The translations under genes and the position numbers were made by a program. The notes under the pieces are model-generated. The model had not been told where the DNA came from. It saw only the letters and a program-made list of their open reading frames with translations, and searched no databases. This document shows, piece after piece, positions 37,201 to 48,978 of a stretch of DNA of 52,410 bases; position 1 is the first letter of the stretch; each line of letters opens with the position of its first letter. Source of the stretch: Nemertoderma westbladi (Eukaryota; Animalia; Xenacoelomorpha). The DNA is taken from assembly GCA_032718475.1 (NCBI GenBank), contig JAUCBJ010005129.1, positions 1 to 52,410 of the forward strand. Reading direction: 5' to 3'.

Positions 37201-39354
37201 TACTTCAGACCTAACAGGTTGACACATTGTTACAGAGGGTGGCGGTATACCCTTTTGAGTATTTACTAATTTATCGCGTTCTAGCGCGATACTTTGCTGC
37301 ACTTCTTGCAACTCTAGCCTACTTTCCCTTACTGTGCCCTTGAATTGCTGGACAGTCTCCTGCATCTGCCCGAGCAGGATATCCATCCCCCGCCGTCTCT
37401 CGTCCACCCATTCGACCGCCGAAGCGGGAGTTGCCAACGTTGTAGCGGGCGGACGAGGGACAACAGGCGACAAATTATGAATATTTCGCTCGGAGTCCAG
37501 GACCTGAACTGTCCCCTGGGCAGTTCTATGGGGCACAGGTAGCTTAGTGCTATGCAGAGGGAATTTAGAGGTAGTTTCAGGGAGCACAGGTGTGTCTATC
37601 ACCGAAGGGGTGATTTCAAGAACAGGCCTAATTATTTCAGGCTCATCTACTATAGTAGGGAGTCTTTCTATTTTAATTATTTGGTCTGTGGGCTCTGTAC
37701 TACCTAAGTTGGTGTTATTTAGTTGCCTTCTAACAGCTGGAGGCAAATCAGGCAATTTCTGACGGTGGAATGTTCTTTTACGTCTACTTAGACGAGATCT
37801 ATTTCCCTTGCCTTCAGTATCGGTGGTATCGCCTTCCTCAGATGATGTATAACCCTGTCTTTTGGGAGTAGATCGATTCATCATCTGCATATTACTAGCT
37901 GTTAACTGTTTATTTATGCAGTCTTGATTCTCCTGAATGTTTTCCAATTCTAATTGGGTGGTTTCTTCAGTCGCTCTCCGTTAGGCTTCTGCCACTGCCT
38001 CTGCTGTTGCCAGTGCCGCTTTTCTTTCTGCTTCGGCCTCTGCCTTTGCTGCAGCTACTGCCGCTTTTGCCTCTGCCGCTGCCACTGCCGCTGCCGCTTT
38101 TGTTTCTGCCGCTGCCACTGCCGCTGCCGCTTTTGTTTCTGCTTCTGCAGCTGCCACTGCTGCTGCTACTGCCGCTGCCTTTCTGTCTTCTATACGTTTT
38201 TTCTCTACTTGTTCTTCCTGGACTCGTGTGATGCGGAGTTGTTCATCAAATTTAGCCTGATTCGCAGCCATCATTTCCACATCGATGGCATCCAACACAA
38301 GCTTGGTTCCTTCACTATTAGGGCTAAGTCCCTCTAACCTTCTCCTCAACTCGTCATCACCTAAAAAACGTTGATAGTCTGACAGATAAATGTCAATGGC
38401 ATCCCTCTTATGCGGTTTCTCTGCCGTCGCTTCACTTTCCACTTGGGAAAAAGTAGCGTCTGTTGATTCTCCATGGGTTGATCGCTCCTCCAGCTGAGCT
38501 TTCCACTGAGCTGTTCCTTGAACCTGGAGACTCACCCGTTGAAACCAAGTCTTTACGGCAACTTGCAACGACGTGTCTTGTCTTTGTTTAGAAGCCTCCT
38601 CAAAGGCTGATAAGATTAGCCTGATTCGTAGAATTCTTTCTCTAACTTGATAAAGCAGCAATCCCTGCTCTTGAGGTCCTTGAGGTTGTTGAAACAGTTG
38701 TTCTTTTAATCGCTCTATAGAGCTGAAGAATCCCTGTGCGTATCCGGCTGCGGACCTCTTCCACACAGCTGGATCAATGGTTTCCTTGGCTACTACCATC
38801 TGGTGTATGTCTTCCCAGGCAGCTTCTGATAAATCAAACGGGAGTCCGGGTCCGGGGAAGTTCCATTGCGACTCGACAATAGACTTCAGTTCTTCACTCG
38901 TGTATCCCGCATAACTATCTCTAGTTGACCGTTGACTTCTCGCCCAATCGATCTGGTGTTCTTCCACCGCGATCAATAACCTAGTGAGTACGGCTGCAGG
39001 AAGGATGAGAAGGGGATCCGTATAAACCGCATCCGTCATCTCTGCTCCGCGCTCGGGTGTCAGCTCTACAGTATCCTCACTACTGGAGCTGCTGGGCCGC
39101 TGAGGAATAAGTTCTTGACTAGCGGGTTGTTGCTGTTCCGCTGCTACTTGGTCCCGCTTGACCTGAGCTCGGGTGCCTATGATAGACCTACGATGTTGGA
39201 CTAGCCTAGGTTCTGTTATTACTACTGGAGGGATGACCTTCCTCACAGTGGGAGGTGAACTGAACTTACGACCAGACGGTTGTACGTCTCTATCTGAGTC
39301 GCAGATAGTTACATCTAATAAACTGTCTGACAGGTTCTGCTTAGTATCAGACAT
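31222..39354 (-). CDS. gag-pol: BEL/Pao gag-pol polyprotein of C (~2710 codons, two in-frame stops)
   Basis: Three ORFs share one frame and are separated only by TAA (37981-37983) and TGA (34369-34371). Gag knuckles CALC..HC, CYNC..GH..C, CAKC..HH; protease LLDSGS; RT IYMDD; RNase H HVFGDAS/YWTD/NPAD; integrase H..H..CIPC, GVDLFGP, SDKGTNF, WERL. Confidence 0.95.
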
Positions 39355-40661
39355 ATTTGTGAGTACAGTTGAATGCCTACTGCTATATTACAGTCTAAGC
39401 AAGTCTAGTAATTCAGTATTAACTGCTAGCCTAGTAATTAATTACCGATACTGCTACTCAGTGTAGCGTGATATATATAATATATTAAATACCGGTATGC
39501 TTATAGTATATATAAGTATTATTACAGACTAGGTTTATCACAGAATACCGGTATAATTTTAGCACAAATATATATAAATATATAATAGGCCTATCGGGAA
39601 TACCGGTATACAGCTTACAGTTTGTAGTATATATAATTCTGGACTAGAATTAATTACAAGCACCGGTATAATTTCAGCCTAAATTTATAGAAATAAAGAT
39701 AATAGACCTATCGTAAATACCGGTATATCAATTATTTTAAATAATTGAATTTCTGTATTTTAGGGTTACTTGATTACTTTACTTACTTTATTACCGTTAT
39801 TTGAGCAGTAGTCCAACTGATATGGAGACCTAATGGTTGTCTGGTAGGCCTACTATTTATAAATCGTTAGATTTGATTTATAATATATATATACCCGTTT
39901 TAATGGGTTTTGTCAAATGTTTGAAATAAATGTTATTATTTCTGGGGTAATCACTACACAAAGCGGTGCGCTTTCAGTGAAGTGTTACTTATAGGACACT
40001 AAAACAAATAATTCTAATTTACCTAAGTTACTTAATACTACAAATTACGTACAATTCGGGTTGAGATTACAATCTCTAAATAAACACAAAAATTTACAAA
40101 AAACACAAAATACGAATTTTTAGGGTAATTTTACAAGAAGTCTACAAACCAGCCTAACAAAGGGTTAGAAATCTGGTTATTACAACGGACAGGGTACTAC
40201 GGTATTTGAAAATAATAAGTAGTAGTAAATACACTGCGTTGTCCAGATAGGAAAATACCACCGCCTGACGACCTATAGCCGTATCGCTATAGGTTCTACG
40301 TTATGTATCACGGAGTGTTCCTACCTAGAAGTTAATAGAGCTAATCGAACGTGCCTATTAACCACTTTACAACACAAATATAATGCCTACACTAATTACT
40401 CTCGGAAAGCACTGTACACTAAACCCTAAATTAGGTACGAGTACTTGTACAACAGATAATCAGTAGTTAAATATACTTGAACAGCTAAAAGAACCACGGC
40501 ATCTGCTGGAGTGACCGATGCACAAAATCACCAGTCTTTACCTACGCCAAGCAGCTCGTGTAGTACCGAGGTTAATTTAACTATAGCGGTATGTATAACA
40601 AACACAATTACTGTAGGAACAAACTTGGGGAATGAATGTTGCGAATAATCACATAAACTCT

Positions 40662-41240
40662 GAATAATAAATATTACGCTACGCGTACAAACTACTCAAA
40701 CAAAATGCAGACCGAACACTGACAGACTACTATCAAGCCTAAGCAAACTACGGTATATGCAGACTCCGAAATAATTAGGTAGTATGCGTTCTAACCCAGT
40801 AGTACGACTTATTCTTTAATTGGGGGTTTACCTTACAGCGTTCGCTGCCCCTACTTCCTAACCGTTCTTTATCGGACAAGTGATCTACACACGCTGCAAT
40901 CCGTTCAGACCTAATAACAGCCAGACAACTATCCAGCCTACAAATTATCTAAATAAAATTATACGCTACCCGTACAGACTTACACAAACAAAGTACAGAC
41001 TAAACGATGGCAGACTACTCTCAAGCCTAAATAAACTACAGGACATGCAGACTCCAAAATGATTAGGGAGTATGCGTTCTAACCCAGTAGTACGACTTAT
41101 TCTTTAGTTGGGGGTTTACCTTACAGCATTCGCTGCCCCTACTTCCTAACCGTACTTAATCGGACAGGTGATCTACACACACTGCAATCCGTTCAGACTT
41201 AACAGCAATCAGACAACAGCTCAGCCTACAAATTGTCTGT
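40662..41240. repeat. ~290-bp tandem duplication in the 5' leader of C
   Basis: The core agtatgcgttctaacccagtagtacgacttattcttta..gggggtttaccttacagc..cgctgcccctacttcctaaccgt occurs at ~40780 and ~41070. Confidence 0.88.
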
Positions 41241-41606
41241 ACAATCTGATCAGGCTTACACGCCTTCTGTTCAATACTGGCCTACAAACAAATAAAACTT
41301 GACAGAAATAAGTAAAAATCTCAATAAAAAACCAGGGCTGCAGTCCCTGATTAATTATTAAGGCCTACCGGTATATAACAATCAAATCGAATAATACTAA
41401 TGTACTTATACGGGAAGTACCGGTTAGGACAGTTAGGCCTACGGACCTACAGAAGTACCGGTTCTAGCAGTTGGACCTACGGACCTACGGCAGTACCGGT
41501 TCTGGCAGTTGGGCCTACTGACCTACAGATGGACCGTTCAGGTTTACCGGTTGACCGGTACTTTCAACTTTATTGCTTACTGCAATAAAGAAGCAATATC
41601 CGTTAT

Positions 41607-42819
41607 TGTTCGCGCTTTCAGACCTTTGGCAGTTTAACCCGCCAGATTAAGATGTCTTCTAGATATTAAATCGCCTTTTAGCCTATGACAAGTATTTGAT
41701 TCACTACACTAGTCGAAACCAATCTGTGCGCGACCATTCACCCGCTGGATATTCCCGGGAGATTGGGTTCGACGGTTTAATTTTATTGCTATGTAAGCCT
41801 AATGTATTATTCGACTGACAGTATTATATAATCTCTGACAATATTATTCACCTTCGGGAATATTAACAGTTCCTTTAGGACGTGGCGCTTTATTTATATA
41901 AACAGAGTTATGACTTAAACTACTCACAACGATATGGCTTAATTATAATTCACATATATGGCGCATTCTTTAGGAAATGCTTCTTTAACAGACTCACTCA
42001 TATACAATGCTGCACAATACTGCACACTAATCTGCCAATCTTCACTGATTTTAGTCACATATAAAAGGAACACAGACTGACTCATGTAGGGTCTATCAAA
42101 TAACATTAGATTCACTTCAAACCACTTTAACATAAGTCACAATCGTTATTGGTAACCTTTCTCTCTTACCTTCGGTATATCAAGAATATTGGGTGTCGGG
42201 GTTATTTCTCGTTATTCCAATATAATAATTCATCAACAAATATAATGAATAACCGACAACAAATAGCAGTATACAGTATTGATTGAGCAGGTAATTTTTA
42301 GCAGTTTCAGCAGTTATTAAAAGCCGTGTGTCAGCAGTGATTACGAAATTGCAGTGATTCCATGAGTTAAAGGATATATGTCCTTATAATTAAACCTACT
42401 AGTGTTGAGCTAAAAAGCAGAAAGCACAAAACACTACAAAGCCGTTCTTTCGTGGCTTTGAAAAACTCGTGACTACTGCTCTATACGAGGATACCAACTA
42501 CCCTTATTCCACGAAGCTCCCGTTCAACACAGAGAAAGAGCAGTGAGATAGGAAAATTTCAGTTCAGTAGCTCTGTGATAGGTCAAAATCAAGGCTAACT
42601 CAAATTCTATTGGGAGATACAAAAACAAGGCTATGACGCAACCTTTCTAGGCTGGTTGGCCGATTAAACAGAGCCCAGATACCTGCGTACAGCAAATCAG
42701 CCAATAAGCTGGTAGCTTGCACTATTTTAACTATAGATCCCCTTTAGAGTATTCTAGCGACCGGGGGGGGAACTGGCCAACAAGGCAAACGAATCAGTTA
42801 TCCCACAAAAGCTTTTACA
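41607..42819 (-). repeat. 5' LTR of element C (1213 bp)
   Basis: Matches the 3' LTR by eye except for a net 13-bp indel near 41907-41921. Confidence 0.95.
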
Positions 42820-44690
42820 CAGGTGCCGATACGGTTGATTTATATTATTAAGGAATGCAGTACTACTGGTTTACTGCATACTGTATGCATGCACACTGCA
42901 TTATTGGTACACCCCCCTTAAAATTGTTGAACTAGCTAGGTGTACTGTTTGCTATTTTTGTAGTGTTTGCCATTTCATTTTTTCCATTGAGCACAGCAGA
43001 CACTGAAACATGGAAGATAAATTATGTATGAAAGTTGTTCTTGGACAGTGAATAGTGTCATTAATTGGCCGGTATTACAGTGTTCTTTGAATTAAATAAT
43101 GGCTGATTGCTTCAATGAGATACTCAAATGTTTCGCAATCCTTCCGCAGATATCGCCGATATTGTCGGCGACTTTAACAGCCGTTTTCATTTTGACATTT
43201 CGATTGAAAATTGTACAGTAGTGGCAATGCTAAATGTTACACAATAAATTATTGGGAGCATTAATAAAATAATCACCCAGATTTTAAAGAGACTAATATT
43301 TTACATCAAACCAACCAAGTTTCTCTATAAGTTGCTGGAAAAGTTGCTGACAAAGTTGCTGGTATAGTTGCTACTTGTAAACCAGCCTTAGAAACACGAA
43401 ATAGGAGACCCACATATGTGTATATAGATACATATATATTACAAATATGAATATTTATTGGCACAGAAGTAGAAACCGGTATATGTGTATTACTCCTTGA
43501 TCTGGGTTTAACCCTCACAACCTGGGTCACATCTGGGTTTAATTATGGGTTTAACTATTATCATTATTACTTTATATTATAATTATTACATTATCACTTA
43601 ATTTCTCGAAATTATTTTATTTATTTCTAGGAGAAAGTGGAGTAATAACAGGTCAGTAACAATGACAGGTCAGCATGTGAATTTATCCAAAATAATTTTA
43701 TTATAATTTTTTTAATATATTATATTATCTTTAATTCCAGGCCACGGCCCATAGTAAAAACATTTATTATTGAATACGAATAATAAAAGCGCAATTAACT
43801 AGAAATATAGTACGTACAGTATATTTGTATGTATATGTGTATAAGGTTCAATTAATACTGATATGTAAGGGCGCACAAACATTTAACGTATTACTCTGTT
43901 ACAGTAGTATTTGCAAATTTGTAAATGATATTATTTCGCATAAATTGTATGCAAACACGGGAACACAGCGGTCCACATAGCAAACGGGGCGAATAGCACC
44001 AAGAAAAACGTTAATTATTGAATTATTAATTATGTTAATAAACTCGACACACGATACCCAAATATAATATACCATAATAACCAAACAATAGATTTATACA
44101 ACCTGGGGGTGATTACTGATTGTGCACCACGCTGGAATTATTCAATCGTGACCAAAGCGCATTGCAATAGATGTGAGTGAAGAACCCTCTAAACAAAATA
44201 ATTTTAACAGTAGTAGAACAATAATTCGTGCCCAATGAAAGTAATAATGATAATATTAAACAACTCATTCCCCCAAAACACCAATGATAAATTATTGTAT
44301 TATAACAGTCATAATTTTTCCCTCAATTGTTTTTGGCATACAAATTAATCGTACTGTATAATAATGTAAACCTCTCTCAGTATATAAAACAATGCATTTG
44401 AGTCATAAGACTGAATATTTCGACATGAAAAATGTATATTTCAGGTACGCCACCCAGGGAATTCAACGTAACCTGCCAATCAGTAAACAACTACTTATAC
44501 ACAACATGCAGCTGGCCGGCAGAGGATGGAGCTACTTACGGATGTCAATCAGGTGCCGGGTGAGTGGATCTAAGGAAAATAGTGCGGCAGTGCGGCATAT
44601 AATGCATCTTTATTTTTCTTTATTTGTTTCAACCAATAGCAGCCTTTAAAAATGTCCTTAGTATATCCTTAGTTTAGTCTATATACTAGA

Positions 44691-44949
44691 AAGGGTCTGG
44701 GAAAATCTTGTTGCCACGGTAACGGAATTAAAGTATATGTAGTATTTACAATATAAGTATCTTTACAAATAAAATTTAATATCTTTATAATATAAGTCAT
44801 TATAATTATATATAAATCAATTTCTAGAAAAACCACAATAGGAACAAACTTCCTTATCTAAACTCAATAAATTTTCAATAGTCAAGTGCACGTAGATAGG
44901 GAAATCATAAAAAAACAGTTACCTTGGCAACCAGCCTAAACAGACCCTT
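44691..44949. mobile_element. Small MITE-like element
   Basis: Inverted termini aagggtctg..gttgccacggtaac / gttaccttggcaac..cagaccctt around an AT-rich core. Confidence 0.5.
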
Positions 44950-45305
44950 ATAAATATAAATTTATAATTTGAAGAAAAAAGTTAAGGTATTATGAATTGG
45001 AACAATTCATGCGCGTACTCGTACTATTAATGAGTGCTGGTTTGTCACCCAGATTTTGCCCACAAGTAAAAAATAACCGCAAATGAACATAACACTCCAA
45101 GATATGTATGTATGTACTCTAACATTATGTAGGCAGTTTGTTTGAAGACCTCCCTTCCTTAGTTACAGTTAACAGCCAAGAGAGAGGAGCGTTCAGGTTG
45201 ATTCCCATGCTTCGTGTTTCAAGTACATTTTACTCAGGCCACGCAGGTACAAGCACAACAGACAGTCTAAAAATCACTGGAGTGGAATGATTAATTAGGA
45301 TACTG

Positions 45306-46638
45306 TGAAGGGAGATGTTTGTAATGAAGGGAGATGTTTGTAATGAAGGGAGATGTTTGTAATGAAGGGAGATGTTTGTAATGAAGGGAGATGTTTGTAA
45401 TGAAGGGAGATGTTTGTAATGAAGGGAGATGTTTGTAATGAAGGGAGATGTTTGTAATGAAGGGAGATGTTTGTAATGAAGGGAGATGTTTGTAATGAAG
45501 GGAGATGTTTGTAATGAAGGGAGATGTTTGTAATGAAGGGAGATGTTTGTAATGAAGGGAGATGTTTGTAATGAAGGGAGATGTTTGTAATGAAGGGAGA
45601 TGTTTGTAATGAAGGGAGATGTTTGTAATGAAGGGAGATGTTTGTAATGAAGGGAGATGTTTGTAATGAAGGGAGATGTTTGTAATGAAGGGAGATGTTT
45701 GTAATGAAGGGAGATGTTTGTAATGAAGGGAGATGTTTGTAATGAAGGGAGATGTTTGTAATGAAGGGAGATGTTTGTAATGAAGGGAGATGTTTGTAAT
45801 GAAGGGAGATGTTTGTAATGAAGGGAGATGTTTGTAATGAAGGGAGATGTTTGTAATGAAGGGAGATGTTTGTAATGAAGGGAGATGTTTGTAATGAAGG
45901 GAGATGTTTGTAATGAAGGGAGATGTTTGTAATGAAGGGAGATGTTTGTAATGAAGGGAGATGTTTGTAATGAAGGGAGATGTTTGTAATGAAGGGAGAT
46001 GTTTGTAATGAAGGGAGATGTTTGTAATGAAGGGAGATGTTTGTAATGAAGGGAGATGTTTGTAATGAAGGGAGATGTTTGTAATGAAGGGAGATGTTTG
46101 TAATGAAGGGAGATGTTTGTAATGAAGGGAGATGTTTGTAATGAAGGGAGATGTTTGTAATGAAGGGAGATGTTTGTAATGAAGGGAGATGTTTGTAATG
46201 AAGGGAGATGTTTGTAATGAAGGGAGATGTTTGTAATGAAGGGAGATGTTTGTAATGAAGGGAGATGTTTGTAATGAAGGGAGATGTTTGTAATGAAGGG
46301 AGATGTTTGTAATGAAGGGAGATGTTTGTAATGAAGGGAGATGTTTGTAATGAAGGGAGATGTTTGTAATGAAGGGAGATGTTTGTAATGAAGGGAGATG
46401 TTTGTAATGAAGGGAGATGTTTGTAATGAAGGGAGATGTTTGTAATGAAGGGAGATGTTTGTAATGAAGGGAGATGTTTGTAATGAAGGGAGATGTTTGT
46501 AATGAAGGGAGATGTTTGTAATGAAGGGAGATGTTTGTAATGAAGGGAGATGTTTGTAATGAAGGGAGATGTTTGTAATGAAGGGAGATGTTTGTAATGA
46601 AGGGAGATGTTTGTAATGAAGGGAGATGTTTGTAATGA
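45306..46638. repeat. Perfect minisatellite, 19-bp unit TGAAGGGAGATGTTTGTAA x ~70
   Basis: An uninterrupted array of 1333 bp with no variant units seen. Confidence 0.97.
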
Positions 46639-46989
46639 GTGTTGCTTTGCGTAGCGAGTACTACTTTATAATCAAAATATGGGACCTCTGTTGCTGAGAG
46701 CAATGGCAGGAAATTCGGGGACCAATCAACACAGCAAACTCTGCCGGGTGCATGGAGGAACATTCAAACCCTTACGAGAGGGCAGCGGAACTGTGTCATT
46801 ATTAGTATGTCGTCGATACAGCTATTATGGATTTGACGATTATTATTATTCGCTTATACAAAACATATGCAATGGCCCAACATGCAATGGTCTTACATGC
46901 CGCTAAGGATACAGGCTGTGGCATTGGAGCGGAGGGAGGAAGCCAGCAGATGCAAAAACTGTCCCAGTAGACCATTTTTTCACTGATAT

Positions 46990-47240
46990 TTCCAGGGAAA
47001 TCATTAGCAAATTCGAAAACCGAAACCAGACCATACCAAGGTCTTGTACACAGCCAGTTTAATTTATTTTCACAACATACAAACCAGTCGCTCCTATCTT
47101 TTAAAGACCTCATCCCAGTCATATTTGCTTCAAAAGTTATTTACTCTTTCTCTTGTCCCATTTGTAAGGAGGGATATGTTGGGGACACTATCAAACTCTT
47201 GTCCAACGAGTTAAACAGCACCTATGTCGGGTCGCCAATC
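46990..47240 (+). mobile_element. Penelope-like GIY-YIG endonuclease remnant
   Basis: 47100-47225 translates as FKDLIPVIFASKVIYSFSCPICKEGYVGDT, then after a frameshift LVQRVKQH. Confidence 0.7.
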
Positions 47241-47294
47241 ATTATTTTACTAAAAGGCATGCATTATAATAAATTGTTTTTTCATCCAATTTAG

Positions 47295-47584
47295 TACTAT
47301 GTACAATACCTTGCTTTGTCCTCGACCCAATGTAACCGAAAATGGAACTTCATACTACGTACATACATTTATTAACAACTTGACTGAGGCGAAGTGGCGA
47401 TGTCAATATGGGGCTAATAGTGACAATCTCATATTCGACTGTGATAAAACTAACCAGATCGATGTGTTTGCCATGAATAATTATACAGCTGCTCGTCGAC
47501 AACAAGATATCAACAATAATTTGAATCCACGTGTCTGGGCATACGCAACTATCACAATGACTTATTTTCACCCAAAAAAAATGT
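47295..47584 (+). CDS. Possible host exon, weakly C-type-lectin-like
   Basis: Open frame CP..NGTSYYVH...EAKWRC...VW, bounded by tttag| and |gtaagt. Confidence 0.35.
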
Positions 47585-47645
47585 GTAAGTTTTTTTTATT
47601 TATATCATTATTATACAATAATTATACAATAGGATAGTGTAATGT

Positions 47646-48208
47646 TGTGACGGGATCTAAGATCCCGACCGGGTTAATGTTTCACGCGTCACCGTTCTAC
47701 CTCAGGGATTGTGTTAGTAGCTTGGCCGAGGCCGTTATAGGAAAAGAATGAGAGTCCGGTGTTGTCACTTTGATATCGTAAATAATAGCACAATAATGTT
47801 GTGGCAGAAACACAGATATAATGGGTACCGGTATGTATCTGATTGATGACGGTAAACAACTGATACCGGTCTGCACTAACTGAGTAACTAACTAACTGAA
47901 TCACAAACCGGTAACGGGAGGTAATATATGATTGATATACCAATATTGCTTCACCTCCTACGCTACCTTGGCCTGTTACCTAATGGATGCTCTCATTTGC
48001 CCTTATTGGCTAATACCCTACTTTTCACCCTTGCACTCTCTGGGAGTGTTTCCCCTCTGTTGCTAGCCTCTACTAGCTGTGTCCCCTCCGAGGTGGTTTG
48101 ACCTCTAACCCTCCTTTGTGTGTGGCTTGGGGGCTTGTGTTCACCCCCCCCCCCCCCAAATGTTGGTTGTGATACGAGATTAATATTGCTAATCTCGTAT
48201 CTCCAACA
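47646..48208 (-). repeat. 3' LTR of element D
   Basis: tgtgacgggatc...ctcgtatctccaaca followed by the PPT complement ctccccccc. Confidence 0.85.
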
Positions 48209-48978
48209 CTCCCCCCCATGCTATCTTCCCGGTGAGAAGATAGCATCAACTACAAGTGCGCTTCAATTCCGCTGGAGCCCGATCTACTATCGGGTGAGGA
48301 GTGGAGTTCTTTTCTCGGAGTCGGCTTTCCAGGCCGCTCCCTCTGGGTATGATATTACTACCCCTTCTTGGTGCAATCGCAACCTATGTTGCACCAAGAC
48401 ATCTGACGTCTCTGTTCGAGACAATTGTGGACTCACTCCTCTCACACAATTTTATATCACCTCTCTCTAAACTCACTCTATCTTCGCTCTGAACTCACTC
48501 TAACTCCACTCTGAACTCACTCCAACTCCACTCTTCTCCATGTTGTATGGGCCCTATTGTCCCTTACTCTCCCTCTTACTGCTCGCTTCCCACATTTGAA
48601 TTGCACCCGCCTACTTTCCACACGCGTCAACACCTCCTCCCAATATCTTCCCCGTGCTCCTGTACTCAACCCGTACTTGTTTCACTTCACTCACTCCAGA
48701 GGAGCCTCACCATCCCCTTTTGTGCCGTCGCACTCAGGAAGTGTGATTCGTCCAGTGTCCCGTCCTCCTGTCATAGTCAATTGGTCCCCAGTCCCAGTAG
48801 CTAGTTGGAAAAGGTCATATGACTATAGTAGTTACTTTGATTATATTGATTTTAATTATATTCTATTGATTATTACATACGTACATACTAATTGCACTTT
48901 ATTAAATTTGCACTTAGGAGTTCGTATTACTTCGCATGTGGTGCCTTCCAGGCATCCCCACATCTCCCCCTCCGAGTT

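Larger units (their letters stand above)
26963..42819 (-). mobile_element. BEL/Pao LTR retrotransposon C (family 1), ~15.9 kb, recent insertion
   Basis: Near-identical ~1.2-kb LTRs, PPT, complete gag-pol domain set, and a 4/5 TSD (cagat/caggt). Confidence 0.96.
26692..43387. mobile_element. Probable PIF/Harbinger-like remnant (26692-26962 and 42820-43387) split by element C
   Basis: Imperfect TIRs ggccgatttacacgtggcaact / agttgctacttgtaaaccagcc|tta, with subterminal gcaact/agttgc repeats. Confidence 0.45.

Noticed and set aside
37954-38337. Cys-rich, metallothionein-like ORF on the + strand
   Set aside because: It is the antisense reading of the Ala-rich gag repeat.
45291-46763. 490-aa repetitive ORF, or a CRISPR-like array
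   Set aside because: It is the stop-free translation of a 19-bp tandem repeat; there are no spacers and no cas genes.
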